Origin: Nitrospinales bacterium | GTDB lineage: Bacteria; Nitrospinota; Nitrospinia; Nitrospinales; VA-1 | Assembly: GCA_965223345.1 (NCBI GenBank) | Contig: CBDCWG010000007.1 | Span: 224,001-288,000 of the forward strand | DNA: 64,000 bases | Reading direction: 5' to 3' | In this document: one piece after another, positions 1 through 9,841 of the stretch | Numbering within the stretch: position 1 is the stretch's first letter | Layout: each line of letters begins with the position of its first letter | Position numbers and translations under genes: made by a program | The notes under the pieces: model-generated | The model's database searches: none | What the model saw: the letters and a program-made list of their open reading frames with translations, nothing else | What the model was told of the DNA's origin: nothing

Positions 1-753
1 ATCGACGAAGTTCGCAGGGGTCGGGTTGAACACATGGGAAAACATGCCGATGCCGTTGAGCTGGTCGCCGTGGCAGTAGTGGCAGTTCTCGAAGAAAACC
101 GTACCGCCTTCGGTCACGTTTTTCATGTATTCGAACTTGTCCACATCGAGAAAAGGAAAACTGTTTTTGTAGTTGTCCTGCTCGTCGATCCGGAACGGAT
201 TCCTGGACGTTTCCAGTACATAGGTTTTGCCGTGCACTTTGGTGGAAGCCGGAGGCGCGGGATGAACCGTGCGCAACTCAACCGGCTCCTGGAACGTCGG
301 GTAAATGGCCTTGTAGGTCGCGAAACCGACGAGAATCGGCAGCAGCGTGAAAACGAGGATGCGGGCGATCTTGTAATCGCCGACGATCGTCTTCACGATG
401 GGCTTCCTGAACTCGCGGAACGTGACAGGATCCTGACTGATGTACAGGAAGGTGCCGATCGACCACAGCATCATGTAGGTGATGAAGAGGGTCCAGGGTA
501 TCGGCGGATACAAGATATACTTGTAGAAGTACCACCCCATCATCCACACCGCGAGGGCGTTCAAGGAGATGGGCGGTTTCAGCCTCAGTGCGAGATTTAT
601 AATAATGATCGTCGCACAAAGAAGCAGATAAAACGCGTATCTGTTGAAGATCCACGAAAACTCGTTCGGCGTAAAAATCGGGAACAAGAAATTGTGGAAC
701 ACCAGAATGGTGCCAACAAATACGAGGAAACTGACAAACGTCTTATTCATCAT
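1..753 (-). CDS. Membrane-anchored cytochrome c (N-terminal TM helices, CHYCH heme motif); runs off the window edge
   Basis: Not in the ORF track; translated by hand: MMNKTFVSFLVFVGTILVFH...ELRTVHPAPP...FFENCHYCHGDQLNG. GGAGAGG RBS just upstream; follows the diheme cytochrome gene. Confidence 0.85.
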   Translation of the reverse strand, partial: MMNKTFVSFLVFVGTILVFHNFLFPIFTPNEFSWIFNRYAFYLLLCATIIIINLALRLKPPISLNALAVWMMGWYFYKYILYPPIPWTLFITYMMLWSIGTFLYISQDPVTFREFRKPIVKTIVGDYKIARILVFTLLPILVGFATYKAIYPTFQEPVELRTVHPAPPASTKVHGKTYVLETSRNPFRIDEQDNYKNSFPFLDVDKFEYMKNVTEGGTVFFENCHYCHGDQLNGIGMFSHVFNPTPANFVD

Positions 754-764
754 CCTCTCCTATA

Positions 765-2129
765 TTAACCCTCAGGTGGCGCTTCGGTTTCACTGATAAA
801 ATCCACCAGTTTGTCCAGTGCAGTCACGGAAAGCTGGTTGGCGAAAGTGGTCGGCATCAATCCGTCCGGATAAGACTCACCCGCTTCCTCGTTGAAAACA
901 ACGAAGGCGCCGGGTTCGAGGATGGATTCTCTGACGTATTCTTTCACATTGGTCGCTTTCCCTTTGTAGTTGGGATCTTTGATCCGTTCCATAGCATTGG
1001 TCTTCTCATGCAGCTTCGGACCGAGCTCGCCCACCGCTCCCTCGACTCCGGGAATGGTGTGGCACAACGGACAACCCAACGTGTTGATCATCTGATCGAT
1101 CGGCTCGGTGCCATCGACGAAGACGCGATCGTCTCCACCGCCGCCGCCATCCGCCGGAGCTTCAGCCACTGCGGGCTGATCGGTGGGCAGGGGCACGGTG
1201 ACCTTGGAGAAGTCACCGGGAGTTTCCCGCGACTGCAGCCAGGCGATGACCGCGTTGACCTCGATCGGGCTCAAACTGATCGGCGGCTTGGTGATGACGG
1301 GCATCGGGCTTTTGGTGTCGCCCGCGCCGCCGAAGCCTTCGACCACGTAACAGGAGGGGCACATCATGGATTCGCGGATGTAATCCTCACCGGTCATCTC
1401 TTCACCGGCACCCTCGCGGCGGTACTCCGCCTGAATCTCACCGGGCTTGCCTTTGACAACCCCGGTCGCTGGATCTTTTTCACCGATGCCGAAGGGGCTG
1501 GTTTTATAGCGGTCCTCCGCAACCCGCTCCGAGGACTTGTCGCCGATGCCGAACAGGTTCGGGCAGCGGCCGATGTGATCGGAAGACTCGAAGGTATGAC
1601 ACAGCGGGCACTGGCCCTTACCGATCGACTTCTGTCCTGCTACCTGCTCCGCGCCGAAGATGATGACCCGGCCCATTTCCGCGTACTCTTCCATCGTCAG
1701 GTTCGACGTGTCGATCGCGGTTTCCTTGGGCGGCGGATCACTCCTCTGCTGCGGCAACCAGTTGGTGTAACCGGCCAACAGAACCGACACCGTCGTCCAG
1801 AAGAAAAACGCACGGATGAGCGGCGGCGACTGATGCTCCACCTTCTGGTTCTTGAAGAACAGGCCCCAGGCCAACAGGATGACGAAAACGGTCAATACCT
1901 GGTATTTGAAGAAGAAGCCGATCTGCTCGGTCTGCACCAGATCGAACATCTTCACCGTTTCCCAAAAGCTCAAGAGGGCCAACACACCGAAGAGCGTGCC
2001 CCACACCTTGGCGTTCACTGCTTCGTTTTCGCGACAATGCTTGATGACGCTTCCGAAAACAAAGAACGCAAACCCTGTGTACGCTAAGGTGAGAAACGTC
2101 CACAGTATGTCTTGCTGTTCAGGTAGCAT
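765..2129 (-). CDS. Membrane-anchored diheme cytochrome c, partner of bd-like oxidase
   Basis: About 4 N-terminal TM segments; two CPLCH motifs, each followed by a YxRES..P...V...MP-type segment. Confidence 0.85.
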   Translation of the reverse strand: MLPEQQDILWTFLTLAYTGFAFFVFGSVIKHCRENEAVNAKVWGTLFGVLALLSFWETVKMFDLVQTEQIGFFFKYQVLTVFVILLAWGLFFKNQKVEHQSPPLIRAFFFWTTVSVLLAGYTNWLPQQRSDPPPKETAIDTSNLTMEEYAEMGRVIIFGAEQVAGQKSIGKGQCPLCHTFESSDHIGRCPNLFGIGDKSSERVAEDRYKTSPFGIGEKDPATGVVKGKPGEIQAEYRREGAGEEMTGEDYIRESMMCPSCYVVEGFGGAGDTKSPMPVITKPPISLSPIEVNAVIAWLQSRETPGDFSKVTVPLPTDQPAVAEAPADGGGGGDDRVFVDGTEPIDQMINTLGCPLCHTIPGVEGAVGELGPKLHEKTNAMERIKDPNYKGKATNVKEYVRESILEPGAFVVFNEEAGESYPDGLMPTTFANQLSVTALDKLVDFISETEAPPEG

Positions 2130-2184
2130 TCCTTTTTCCCCTCCTACATTATGATTCTAGGTTGATCTTAATAACCTGTTAAAA

Positions 2185-4161
2185 CTACTGTTGCTGCTGA
2201 GCCGGTACCGGAACACCTTCTGTGACCTCGACCTCTTTCTTCTTGGCCGTCAGAGAAGCGATCCAGAACACGATGACAAACTGCACCCAGACGAACAGGG
2301 TGTTGAAGGTAAGGATCTTACCCGCTTCACCGATGGTCAGGGTGTAGGCATCCGGAGAGTTATCCCGCACAACTTCCGTCACGTGCCAGAACAGCCGCAC
2401 GGCGGAGCGGATATAACCCATCAGGCCCATCAGCCAGGTAAACGAAATTGCCAGAAGGAAAATGGCGTAGGTGCCCACTTTGGACTGGGTACCCCATTGA
2501 ATCTCACCATAGGACTCCGAATCCTTGAACATGGAGATGTTGATTGCCGTTCCGGCAAACAGTGTGGTCAGGGTTGAGGTGACCTGAGGAACGGAGAGTC
2601 CCACCCTCTGGTTGGCGGGGAGAAAGTAACCATAGACGCCGAGGAAAATGATGTTGATCGCTGCGCCGACGAAAATGGCCGCGATCCAGCAGTTGCCCAC
2701 GGTCGCCCAGGGAACGTTGATCTTCTTATTGGACCTCTGGTACAGCAGAAAACACAGAACGGTACAGGTGATCATCAGGTTCACCGCTGTGTTTTTCGCC
2801 GACATAACTCCAAAGTGCCCCACAATGGGATGCTGTGCGCCGCCCATCGCCTTGAGTTCCGCAGGCGTCATCACGATGGTGTGCGGGGTCATCCACATGG
2901 TGAAACATACGATCAGGAGCAGCACCATATATTTGCAGTACTTCATATACCGGTGCGACCCCTTGACCCTCGACATGCCGTTGTGCAAATACGAGTTGGC
3001 TCCGAAGAACAGCAATCCGATCATCACGGCCTGAATGATGAAGAGCCATGCCATGATGCCGCCCATCAGGGTGATGCCCATCTGCTGGCGGAACGCGTAC
3101 ACTTCCTTCATCAGCCAGTAGCCTGCGAACGGCAGCGGGATCAAACCGAAAATCGCGATGAACATCGCGACGTAACAAACCCAGTCGTAATGCGCTTTCT
3201 CTTCTTCGGTCTTCGCGGTGAGGTAATGATACGCCGCGTACGCGCCGACGATGCCGCCGCCGAACACGATGTTGCCGAGGATCCTGTGAACCCCGACCGG
3301 GTTCCACAGGGTGGAGTGGATGACATGCCAGATGTTGCCGAGGAACCGTCCCTGCTCATCGATCCCGCCGGGAGCCTGCATGAAGGTGGCCCAGGAGTTG
3401 GCGAGGTACATGAGGACCGTTCCCACCAGGTTCAGCAGAACGGAGAGGGAACAGTGGATCCATTTCAGGAACATGTCGTCCTTCATTTTGTCCCAGCCGT
3501 AGTAGTAAACGTAGAGAATGCCGCTCTCGGCCAGGAACATCAGCGCATACACATGCATAACAGGGCGGAAGATGCCCGCCATGTATTTGAAGAATCCGGG
3601 GAACAGAGTGATGAAGGTGAAAAGCAGGATACCGCCGAGGATGGCGGTCCAGGAGTAGGCGGTCAGACTGACCTTCATGAGATCGTGAGAGAGTTTGTCG
3701 TACTTCTCGGACATGATCGGATCGCTCTCACGGGTACGGATGCCGATGAACTCGATGATCATACAAAAGATCGGCACTGCCAGCACGAAGCTGCCGAAGT
3801 ACAGGTGCTGCTGGTTGGCGATCCAGAGGATCATCCGGCTGGGAGCGAACTCATAAGCGTTGTAATCCGTCTCCGTCAGCTCCGGCGCCGGGGGACCGCT
3901 CACCGGACCCTTCAGCGGGTTGCCTTCCCAGTCTTTATAGAATACGTCCTGACTCCATTCGATTTCGGGCTCGCCCGTTCCTTCCGCCGCTTCTTCCTGC
4001 GCGCCCACTTCCTTCGCGAAGGCTTCTTCAGCGAAAGCCTGTCCTGCGTAAGCTTCCTTGGCGTAGGCATCGCCGACCATACCCGGTAACAGATACACGG
4101 CAAAGGCCAGCATCAACCCAAACAGGAAAGCTCCATTACGTCTTGTCTGTTTCCCCAGCAT
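2185..4161 (-). CDS. Cytochrome bd-like (CydA-family) oxidase subunit I
   Basis: Polytopic membrane protein with CydA-like motifs (QQHLYFGSFVLAVP, FLAES..LY.YYY.W, ANSWATFMQAP, HRILGN, MGYIRSA.R). Start placed at ATG 4161 behind GGAGG. Confidence 0.85.
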   Translation of the reverse strand: MLGKQTRRNGAFLFGLMLAFAVYLLPGMVGDAYAKEAYAGQAFAEEAFAKEVGAQEEAAEGTGEPEIEWSQDVFYKDWEGNPLKGPVSGPPAPELTETDYNAYEFAPSRMILWIANQQHLYFGSFVLAVPIFCMIIEFIGIRTRESDPIMSEKYDKLSHDLMKVSLTAYSWTAILGGILLFTFITLFPGFFKYMAGIFRPVMHVYALMFLAESGILYVYYYGWDKMKDDMFLKWIHCSLSVLLNLVGTVLMYLANSWATFMQAPGGIDEQGRFLGNIWHVIHSTLWNPVGVHRILGNIVFGGGIVGAYAAYHYLTAKTEEEKAHYDWVCYVAMFIAIFGLIPLPFAGYWLMKEVYAFRQQMGITLMGGIMAWLFIIQAVMIGLLFFGANSYLHNGMSRVKGSHRYMKYCKYMVLLLIVCFTMWMTPHTIVMTPAELKAMGGAQHPIVGHFGVMSAKNTAVNLMITCTVLCFLLYQRSNKKINVPWATVGNCWIAAIFVGAAINIIFLGVYGYFLPANQRVGLSVPQVTSTLTTLFAGTAINISMFKDSESYGEIQWGTQSKVGTYAIFLLAISFTWLMGLMGYIRSAVRLFWHVTEVVRDNSPDAYTLTIGEAGKILTFNTLFVWVQFVIVFWIASLTAKKKEVEVTEGVPVPAQQQQ

Positions 4162-4607
4162 CACTTTGACCTCCTTTTGAACCCCGTCGGGTTCTCCAAA
4201 AATTTGGGAAATCTCAATCATTTTTTAAAGTTTGCAGCAAACTTGACTTCTTGAAAATTGAATCTTAGTTCTAGTATAACCGGTTATTTTTACTACTGTT
4301 TTCACTCTTTATATCTTTAGCTTTAACCCGGCCGATCCGGGTGGTTTTTCGACAACTCAGAAACTGTTTTGTTCGCAACAACCACAAAAGGATTCACGCC
4401 AAGCGGCACGGCAGACAGCTGGAGTGCTGCCCCGAAACCCACTGGCCTGCTAACTATTTAATTTCTTTGGACTTTTTCGACTGCCCCTCGATTTGAAATT
4501 CGTGCGGACTCAGCCCACACTTTTGGAAATTTTTGCATTATTTATCATAGGCATTTGAGCATGTCAAGATTTTTCGATTTCGGCAAGAATTATTAAAAAC
4601 AGGGTGC

Positions 4608-5912
4608 TTACGTCGCCTCCGGCGGATTTTTTTTCACCCTTTTTTTCACAGCCCGGGCATGCGCATCGAGGTCCTCCATGCCTGCGAGAATTTCCACCTG
4701 GCCGCTGATTTTTTGCAACGCTTCCTTCGTGTATCCGATAATGCTGGTGCGCTTGATGAAGTCGTACACGCCCAGCGGCGAGGAAAACCGCGCGGTGCCG
4801 CTGGTGGGAAGCACGTGGTTGGGGCCGGCCAGGTAATCCCCCAGCGCCTCGGGGGTGAAATGCCCGAGAAACACGGCTCCTGCGTGCCTGATCTTATCCG
4901 CCCAGTGCTCGGGATCTTCCACCGCAAGCTCCAGATGCTCGGGCGCCATGCGGTTGGCCAGATCGACCGCTTCCGCCAGAGAGGACACCACGAAAGCCCG
5001 GCACTGGTCTTTAAGCGAGGCTTCGACAATGCGTTTGCGCCCCAGCGTTTCTTTCTGCTTTTGCAACTGCTCGACAACCTGTCCGGCAAGCGCTGACGAA
5101 GGCGTCACCAGAATCGGGACCGCCTCTTCATCGTGCTCGGCCTGGGAAAGCAGGTCCGCGGCCACATACTCGGGGTTCGCGCTGTCGTCGGCGACGATGA
5201 GAATCTCGCTCGGCCCGGCGATCATGTCGATGTCCACCATCCCGAACACCATGCGCTTTGCCAGAGCCACATAAATGTTGCCCGGACCGACGATCTTGTC
5301 CACCCGGGGAAGCGTTTGGGTGCCGAAAGCCAGGGCGGCGACGGCCTGCGCGCCGCCCACTTTATAGATTTCATCCACACCGGCGAGATCCGCAGCCACA
5401 AAGGCGTGCGGGCTGGACTCGCCCCGCGGCGAGGGGCTCACCATGACCACCCGATCGACCCCGGCGACGCGCGCGGGGATGGCGTTCATCAGCACCGACG
5501 ACGGATACGAGGCCTTGCCGCCGGGAACGTAGATCCCCACCGTTTCCAGCGCCCGCACCTGTTGGCCCAAAAGGACACCTTCCTCTTCGTAACGCCAGGA
5601 TTCCTGCGTCTGCCGCTGGTGAAATTTGCGGATGTTCTCTGCCGCCAGGCGCAGGGCGTCGATCTCCTTTTGATCGACAGCGGCGTAGGCCTGTTTCATC
5701 TCCTCGGGCGACACGCGCAGGGTTTCCGGGGTCAGCTCGTTGTGGTCGAACTTGCGCGTGTACTCGAGCAGCGCCTTATCGCCGTCCTTGCGCACCGCCG
5801 CGAGAATCTGGCGCACCGTTTCGTCGTGCACGGTGAAATCCAGGTTCGAGCGGTCCACCACCGCGGCGACGCGGGCGTCAAAATCGCCGTCTTTATAGTT
5901 GTGGATTTTCAT
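4608..5912 (-). CDS. hisD: Histidinol dehydrogenase
   Basis: YVPGGKASYPSSVLM, GPGNIYV, DMIAGPSE, QAEHD, APEHL, GPNHVLPT motifs. Confidence 0.97.
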   Translation of the reverse strand: MKIHNYKDGDFDARVAAVVDRSNLDFTVHDETVRQILAAVRKDGDKALLEYTRKFDHNELTPETLRVSPEEMKQAYAAVDQKEIDALRLAAENIRKFHQRQTQESWRYEEEGVLLGQQVRALETVGIYVPGGKASYPSSVLMNAIPARVAGVDRVVMVSPSPRGESSPHAFVAADLAGVDEIYKVGGAQAVAALAFGTQTLPRVDKIVGPGNIYVALAKRMVFGMVDIDMIAGPSEILIVADDSANPEYVAADLLSQAEHDEEAVPILVTPSSALAGQVVEQLQKQKETLGRKRIVEASLKDQCRAFVVSSLAEAVDLANRMAPEHLELAVEDPEHWADKIRHAGAVFLGHFTPEALGDYLAGPNHVLPTSGTARFSSPLGVYDFIKRTSIIGYTKEALQKISGQVEILAGMEDLDAHARAVKKRVKKNPPEAT

Positions 5913-5941
5913 AAAAATCGTAATGAGCCTGAATGGGCGGG

Positions 5942-6640
5942 CTAGCGCCCGGCACGCTCCACGTTTAAAAGCTCGTTCAAAAATTCACCGGTGGAGCTGC
6001 TGGCAGGCAGACCGGATTGGGCGATGAGATCGAGATGGGTTTTCAAAAAAAGCAGGTCCTCTTTGCGGTCCACATCATACCAGATCGGCAAAAGCTCCAG
6101 GCTCACGCTCTGCTCCCGTACCTGCGCCAGAGTCTGCTCGAGCACCTTTTCGGTGCCCCAGTCCACGCCCCTGAGCACGTCCACGAATCGTTTCGTCATG
6201 CCGATGAGATAATAGCCGCCATCGGTGCTCGGTCCCAGGATGAGCTGCCTGTTGGAAGCGAACGCCTGCTCGATGTACGCCGCCGGCAGCGTGGGGCTGT
6301 CGGAACCGATGATCACGACTTTTTCATAGCCTTCGGCAAAGCGGGAGGTGAACGCGTGCTGCATTTTTTCTCCCAGATCTTTTCCAGACTGATCGAACAC
6401 GCTGACCGCCGCGCCGTCGTCCAGGCGCGAAAAAAAACCCGACAGGTTGGAGGGCGCAACCCCGATGAAACGGTCCGCATCCTTTATCGAGCGGATCAGA
6501 CGGATGCTGTCCTTTAAAAACAGGGTGTACAGCTTGAGCACCGTCTCGGGCGCGAGAAAATCCTGCAATCGGGTCTTGACCTGACCGATCACGGGATCGC
6601 GGGCGAACAATATGAGCGCATTTCTGTTTTTTCCCGGCAT
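5942..6640 (-). CDS. DUF2064/TIGR04282-type glycosyltransferase-like (nucleotide-diphospho-sugar transferase fold) protein
   Basis: FARDPVIGQVKTRL, Q.G.DLGEKM, IIGSDSP, LGPSTDGGYYLIG, WYDVD. Confidence 0.85.
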   Translation of the reverse strand: MPGKNRNALILFARDPVIGQVKTRLQDFLAPETVLKLYTLFLKDSIRLIRSIKDADRFIGVAPSNLSGFFSRLDDGAAVSVFDQSGKDLGEKMQHAFTSRFAEGYEKVVIIGSDSPTLPAAYIEQAFASNRQLILGPSTDGGYYLIGMTKRFVDVLRGVDWGTEKVLEQTLAQVREQSVSLELLPIWYDVDRKEDLLFLKTHLDLIAQSGLPASSSTGEFLNELLNVERAGR

Positions 6641-6663
6641 GCGGCGATCTTCCGACAAAGGAA

Positions 6664-6692
6664 TTGACTCCCCCACGCAAACCCCCTAAAAT
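6664..6692 (+). promoter_or_regulatory. Sigma70-type promoter for the PAP2/LPS operon
   Basis: TTGACT-17 nt-TAAAAT just upstream of the PAP2 ORF. Confidence 0.6.
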
Positions 6693-6710
6693 TTAAATTC
6701 AATAGTTATA

Positions 6711-7328
6711 ATGGTTTCTAGGAGATTCGCCATTACATTTCAATGGGACATCGAGGTATTCTACTGGATCAATTCGCATTTTCAATCCCCGATCGTCCGA
6801 AAGTTCATGGAGTTCATCTCCATCAAGCAGAATTTCGTGGTTCCGGGGATCATCCTGGCGATTCTCATCCTGATCGTCTGGAAAAAACGCGGGCTGGCGT
6901 TTCTGGTGTCCGGGGCGATCGTCATCGGCCTCAACGATTTCATCTCGCATCAGATCCTCAAGGAAATCTTCGCCCGGCCGCGGCCCTGCCACACGCTCGC
7001 CGGTCTGGACCACATCAGCAACTGCTCGAACAGCTTTTCCTTTCCCTCCAACCATGCCAGCAACCTGTTCACCTTCGCCACGCTGATGACCCTGTGCTTT
7101 CGCAACACGGTGTTTCTGGTGTACACGATGGCGCTGCTGGTCGGCTATTCGCGCGTGTATCTCGGGGTGCACTACCCCACCGATGTCCTGGGGGGCGCGG
7201 TTTGTGGTATCGTTATGGGGGTTTTGGGCTACCAGTACGTCTACAAGCGGTTGCTGGGCTACCTGAAAGCGGGACCGGCGGCGCTCAAGACCGGGCATCC
7301 CGAGCCCAAGGTTTCCACCGTCGAATGA
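6711..7328 (+). CDS. PAP2-family membrane phosphatase (lipid A or undecaprenyl-PP phosphatase-like)
   Basis: K..FARPRP, SFPSNH, SRVYLGVHYPTD. Confidence 0.92.
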   Translation: MVSRRFAITFQWDIEVFYWINSHFQSPIVRKFMEFISIKQNFVVPGIILAILILIVWKKRGLAFLVSGAIVIGLNDFISHQILKEIFARPRPCHTLAGLDHISNCSNSFSFPSNHASNLFTFATLMTLCFRNTVFLVYTMALLVGYSRVYLGVHYPTDVLGGAVCGIVMGVLGYQYVYKRLLGYLKAGPAALKTGHPEPKVSTVE

Positions 7329-7371
7329 TCCTTTCCCTGCCGGCGTCACCGGTTGCCCGGCGAATTCGCTC

Positions 7372-8448
7372 ATGAACGCAGCTGCGCAAAAATTTCTCAT
7401 CATCCGCACCAGTTCCCTGGGAGACGTGGTGCACGCGCTGCCGGCGCTGCGCACGCTGCGCGCCAACCACCCCAAAGCCCACATCGCCTGGCTGATCGAA
7501 GAGCGCTACCGCGACCTGCTCAAAGACAATCCGGATCTGGATGCGGTCATCGCGGTGCGCACCAAAGCCTGGCGCAAGAAATTCAACCTCAAGACACTGC
7601 GGGAGATCCGCGCGGCGCTGCGGGAGATCCGCGGCGCACAGTTCGACGTGGTGTTCGACCTGCAGGGACTGATCAAAAGCGGGGTGATTTCTTGGCTCTC
7701 GGGGGCGAAGCGGCGCATCGGCTTTCACAAAAGCGACTGCAAGGAAGCCGCCAATACCTGGTTCAACAACGAACAGGCGGCCGCGATTTCCAAAGAAACC
7801 CATGTGGTCGAGCGCTACCAACAGCTGATCCTCATGGCGGGCGGTGACAAACCGGATGCGGCGCTGCCGGTGTTTGCGGTGCCGCCTGAAGACCAAAAAC
7901 GAATCGAGGCGTTTTACGAGGCGAATACGGAGTTTTCCCGGCGTCCCATTGCGGCGATCAATCCGGGAGCGGGGTTTCCTTCCAAACTGTGGCAACCGGA
8001 ACGCTTCGCGGTACTGGCGGACCGCATGGTGAACGAGCTGGGGGTTTCCATCCTGTTCACATGGGGCCCCGGAGAAAAAGACAAGGTCGAGCGCATCGCG
8101 GAAAAGATGCAGGCGCCGTGCAGGCTGGCCCCGGAAACCTCGATCCTCGAATCGATCGCCCTGTACCGGCAGCTTTCGCTGATGGTGAGCTGCGATTCGG
8201 GCCCGCTGCACCTGTGCGCGGCGCTCGGCATTCCGACAGTGGCGCTCTTCGGGCCGACGGACCCTGCGCGCAACGGGCCGTATGGCAACCCGCACGCCAC
8301 TGTGGTGAAGCGCCTGTCCTGCAGTTTCTGCTGGAAGAAGACCTGCCCTCTGGAAACGCATGAGTGCATGGAGTCGATTTCCGTGGATGATGTGTTTCAG
8401 GCGGTGGAACGCATCACGACCCAATGCAACAAACCCATTCCCTCCTAG
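7372..8448 (+). CDS. waaC: LPS heptosyltransferase I-like (GT9)
   Basis: IIRTSSLGDVVH, DLQGLIKS, CDSGPLHL, ALFGPT. Confidence 0.8.
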   Translation: MNAAAQKFLIIRTSSLGDVVHALPALRTLRANHPKAHIAWLIEERYRDLLKDNPDLDAVIAVRTKAWRKKFNLKTLREIRAALREIRGAQFDVVFDLQGLIKSGVISWLSGAKRRIGFHKSDCKEAANTWFNNEQAAAISKETHVVERYQQLILMAGGDKPDAALPVFAVPPEDQKRIEAFYEANTEFSRRPIAAINPGAGFPSKLWQPERFAVLADRMVNELGVSILFTWGPGEKDKVERIAEKMQAPCRLAPETSILESIALYRQLSLMVSCDSGPLHLCAALGIPTVALFGPTDPARNGPYGNPHATVVKRLSCSFCWKKTCPLETHECMESISVDDVFQAVERITTQCNKPIPS

Positions 8449-8478
8449 CGAGGCTTTTTGTGTCAAAGAGGTGAACCG

Positions 8479-8649
8479 ATGTCCATCGACAAGGAACTTT
8501 TGGAAATTCTCGTGTGCCCCAAATGCAAGGGCGATCTGGAACTACCGCCGGAGGAGGACGGGCTCCTCTGCAAGGCCTGCAAGCTCAAATACCCGATCAA
8601 GGACGACATCCCCATCATGCTGATCGACGAAGCGCTGCCGCTGGAATGA
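8479..8649 (+). CDS. Trm112/YcaR-family protein
   Basis: LLEILVCPKCKG...C..C.LKYPIKDDIPIML. Confidence 0.92.
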   Translation: MSIDKELLEILVCPKCKGDLELPPEEDGLLCKACKLKYPIKDDIPIMLIDEALPLE

Positions 8650-8668
8650 ACCTCCTGCTCCCCGAACC

Positions 8669-9781
8669 ATGAGCGAGCCATTGCGACGAATCGAAAGGGG
8701 GATCAAGCAGGGGGTGTGGAGACTGCTGGCCCTGCTGTTTTCCGCCTCGGAGCGACAACCGCAGACGCCTCCCGATCGCGAATCGGTGCGGTCGGTGCTC
8801 GTCGTGCGCCCGGACCGGCTGGGGGATGTGATCCTGTCCACGCCGGTGTACGAGTCGCTCAAGAGCGCGTACCCCTCCGCCACGCTGACGGTGCTGGTGG
8901 ACCGCGCCTACGAGGGCGTGCTCGCCGACAACCCGTTCATCGACCGGGTGTTCGCCTTCGACCGCCGCCGGCCTCTCGCCATCGCTGCGAAACTGTGGAC
9001 GACCCCGTTCGATCTGGCGTTCACGCTCAATAAAATGTTCAGCGCCACCGCCTCGCTGCTCACGCTGTGCTCGCGCGCGACACTGCGGGTGGGCTACGAT
9101 TTTCCGCAGAACGCCTGGGTGCACCACCTGCGCGTCCCGCCCACCCGGAAAATCCAGCATGAGATCGAGAACAACCTCGATCTGCTGCGCGAGCTGGGTC
9201 TGAGCCGCATCGCGCAAACGCCGCGGCTGTTTTTCAACCGCGACGAAGCGCTGAAGATCGAGGAGCTGTTCCAGAACAACCGGCGCTTTCCCGAGCGGCC
9301 GCTGGTGCTCATCAAGCCGGGAACCCGGATCGAGCAATGGGGCTGGCATCCGGACAAGTTCGCCGTACTGGCGGACACGCTGTTGCAGACGGAAAAGGCG
9401 GAGGTGTTTTTTATCACGGGTCCGGGTGAGGAACCCATGATAAACTCGATGCTGAAGCGCATGAAGACATCGCCATTTTGCCTGCCGCCGCTTGCGATCA
9501 AGGAGCTGGCCCTGGCCATTCAGCAGAGCGACCTGCTGGTGTGCAACCACACGGGCATCATGCACCTGGCTTCGGCGGTGAAGACGCCGGTGCTGGCGAT
9601 CTTCAAGCACGGCGAGGTCGCCCGATGGGGTCCCACGAACACGCCGCATGTGATTCTGGAAGAAAGAAGCGGCTCCACTCTGGATCCGGACACGGTGCGG
9701 GAAGGCATCGTCAAGCTGCTGCGGGATACCACCCCCAGGACCGAACAGCACCCGGAAAGCGCGGGCACGGAACATCCCTGA
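8669..9781 (+). CDS. GT9-family LPS glycosyl/heptosyltransferase
   Basis: RPDRLGDVILSTP, NHTGIMHLASA, RWGP. Confidence 0.88.
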   Translation: MSEPLRRIERGIKQGVWRLLALLFSASERQPQTPPDRESVRSVLVVRPDRLGDVILSTPVYESLKSAYPSATLTVLVDRAYEGVLADNPFIDRVFAFDRRRPLAIAAKLWTTPFDLAFTLNKMFSATASLLTLCSRATLRVGYDFPQNAWVHHLRVPPTRKIQHEIENNLDLLRELGLSRIAQTPRLFFNRDEALKIEELFQNNRRFPERPLVLIKPGTRIEQWGWHPDKFAVLADTLLQTEKAEVFFITGPGEEPMINSMLKRMKTSPFCLPPLAIKELALAIQQSDLLVCNHTGIMHLASAVKTPVLAIFKHGEVARWGPTNTPHVILEERSGSTLDPDTVREGIVKLLRDTTPRTEQHPESAGTEHP

Positions 9782-9841
9782 ACACGGCCCGGGCGCCGGC
9801 CACCCCCGAATTCGATCACCCTCTATAAGGAATCGTCTCTG

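Noticed and set aside
34..768. 244-aa plus-strand ORF
   Set aside because: Antisense shadow of the minus-strand cytochrome c gene at 1-753.
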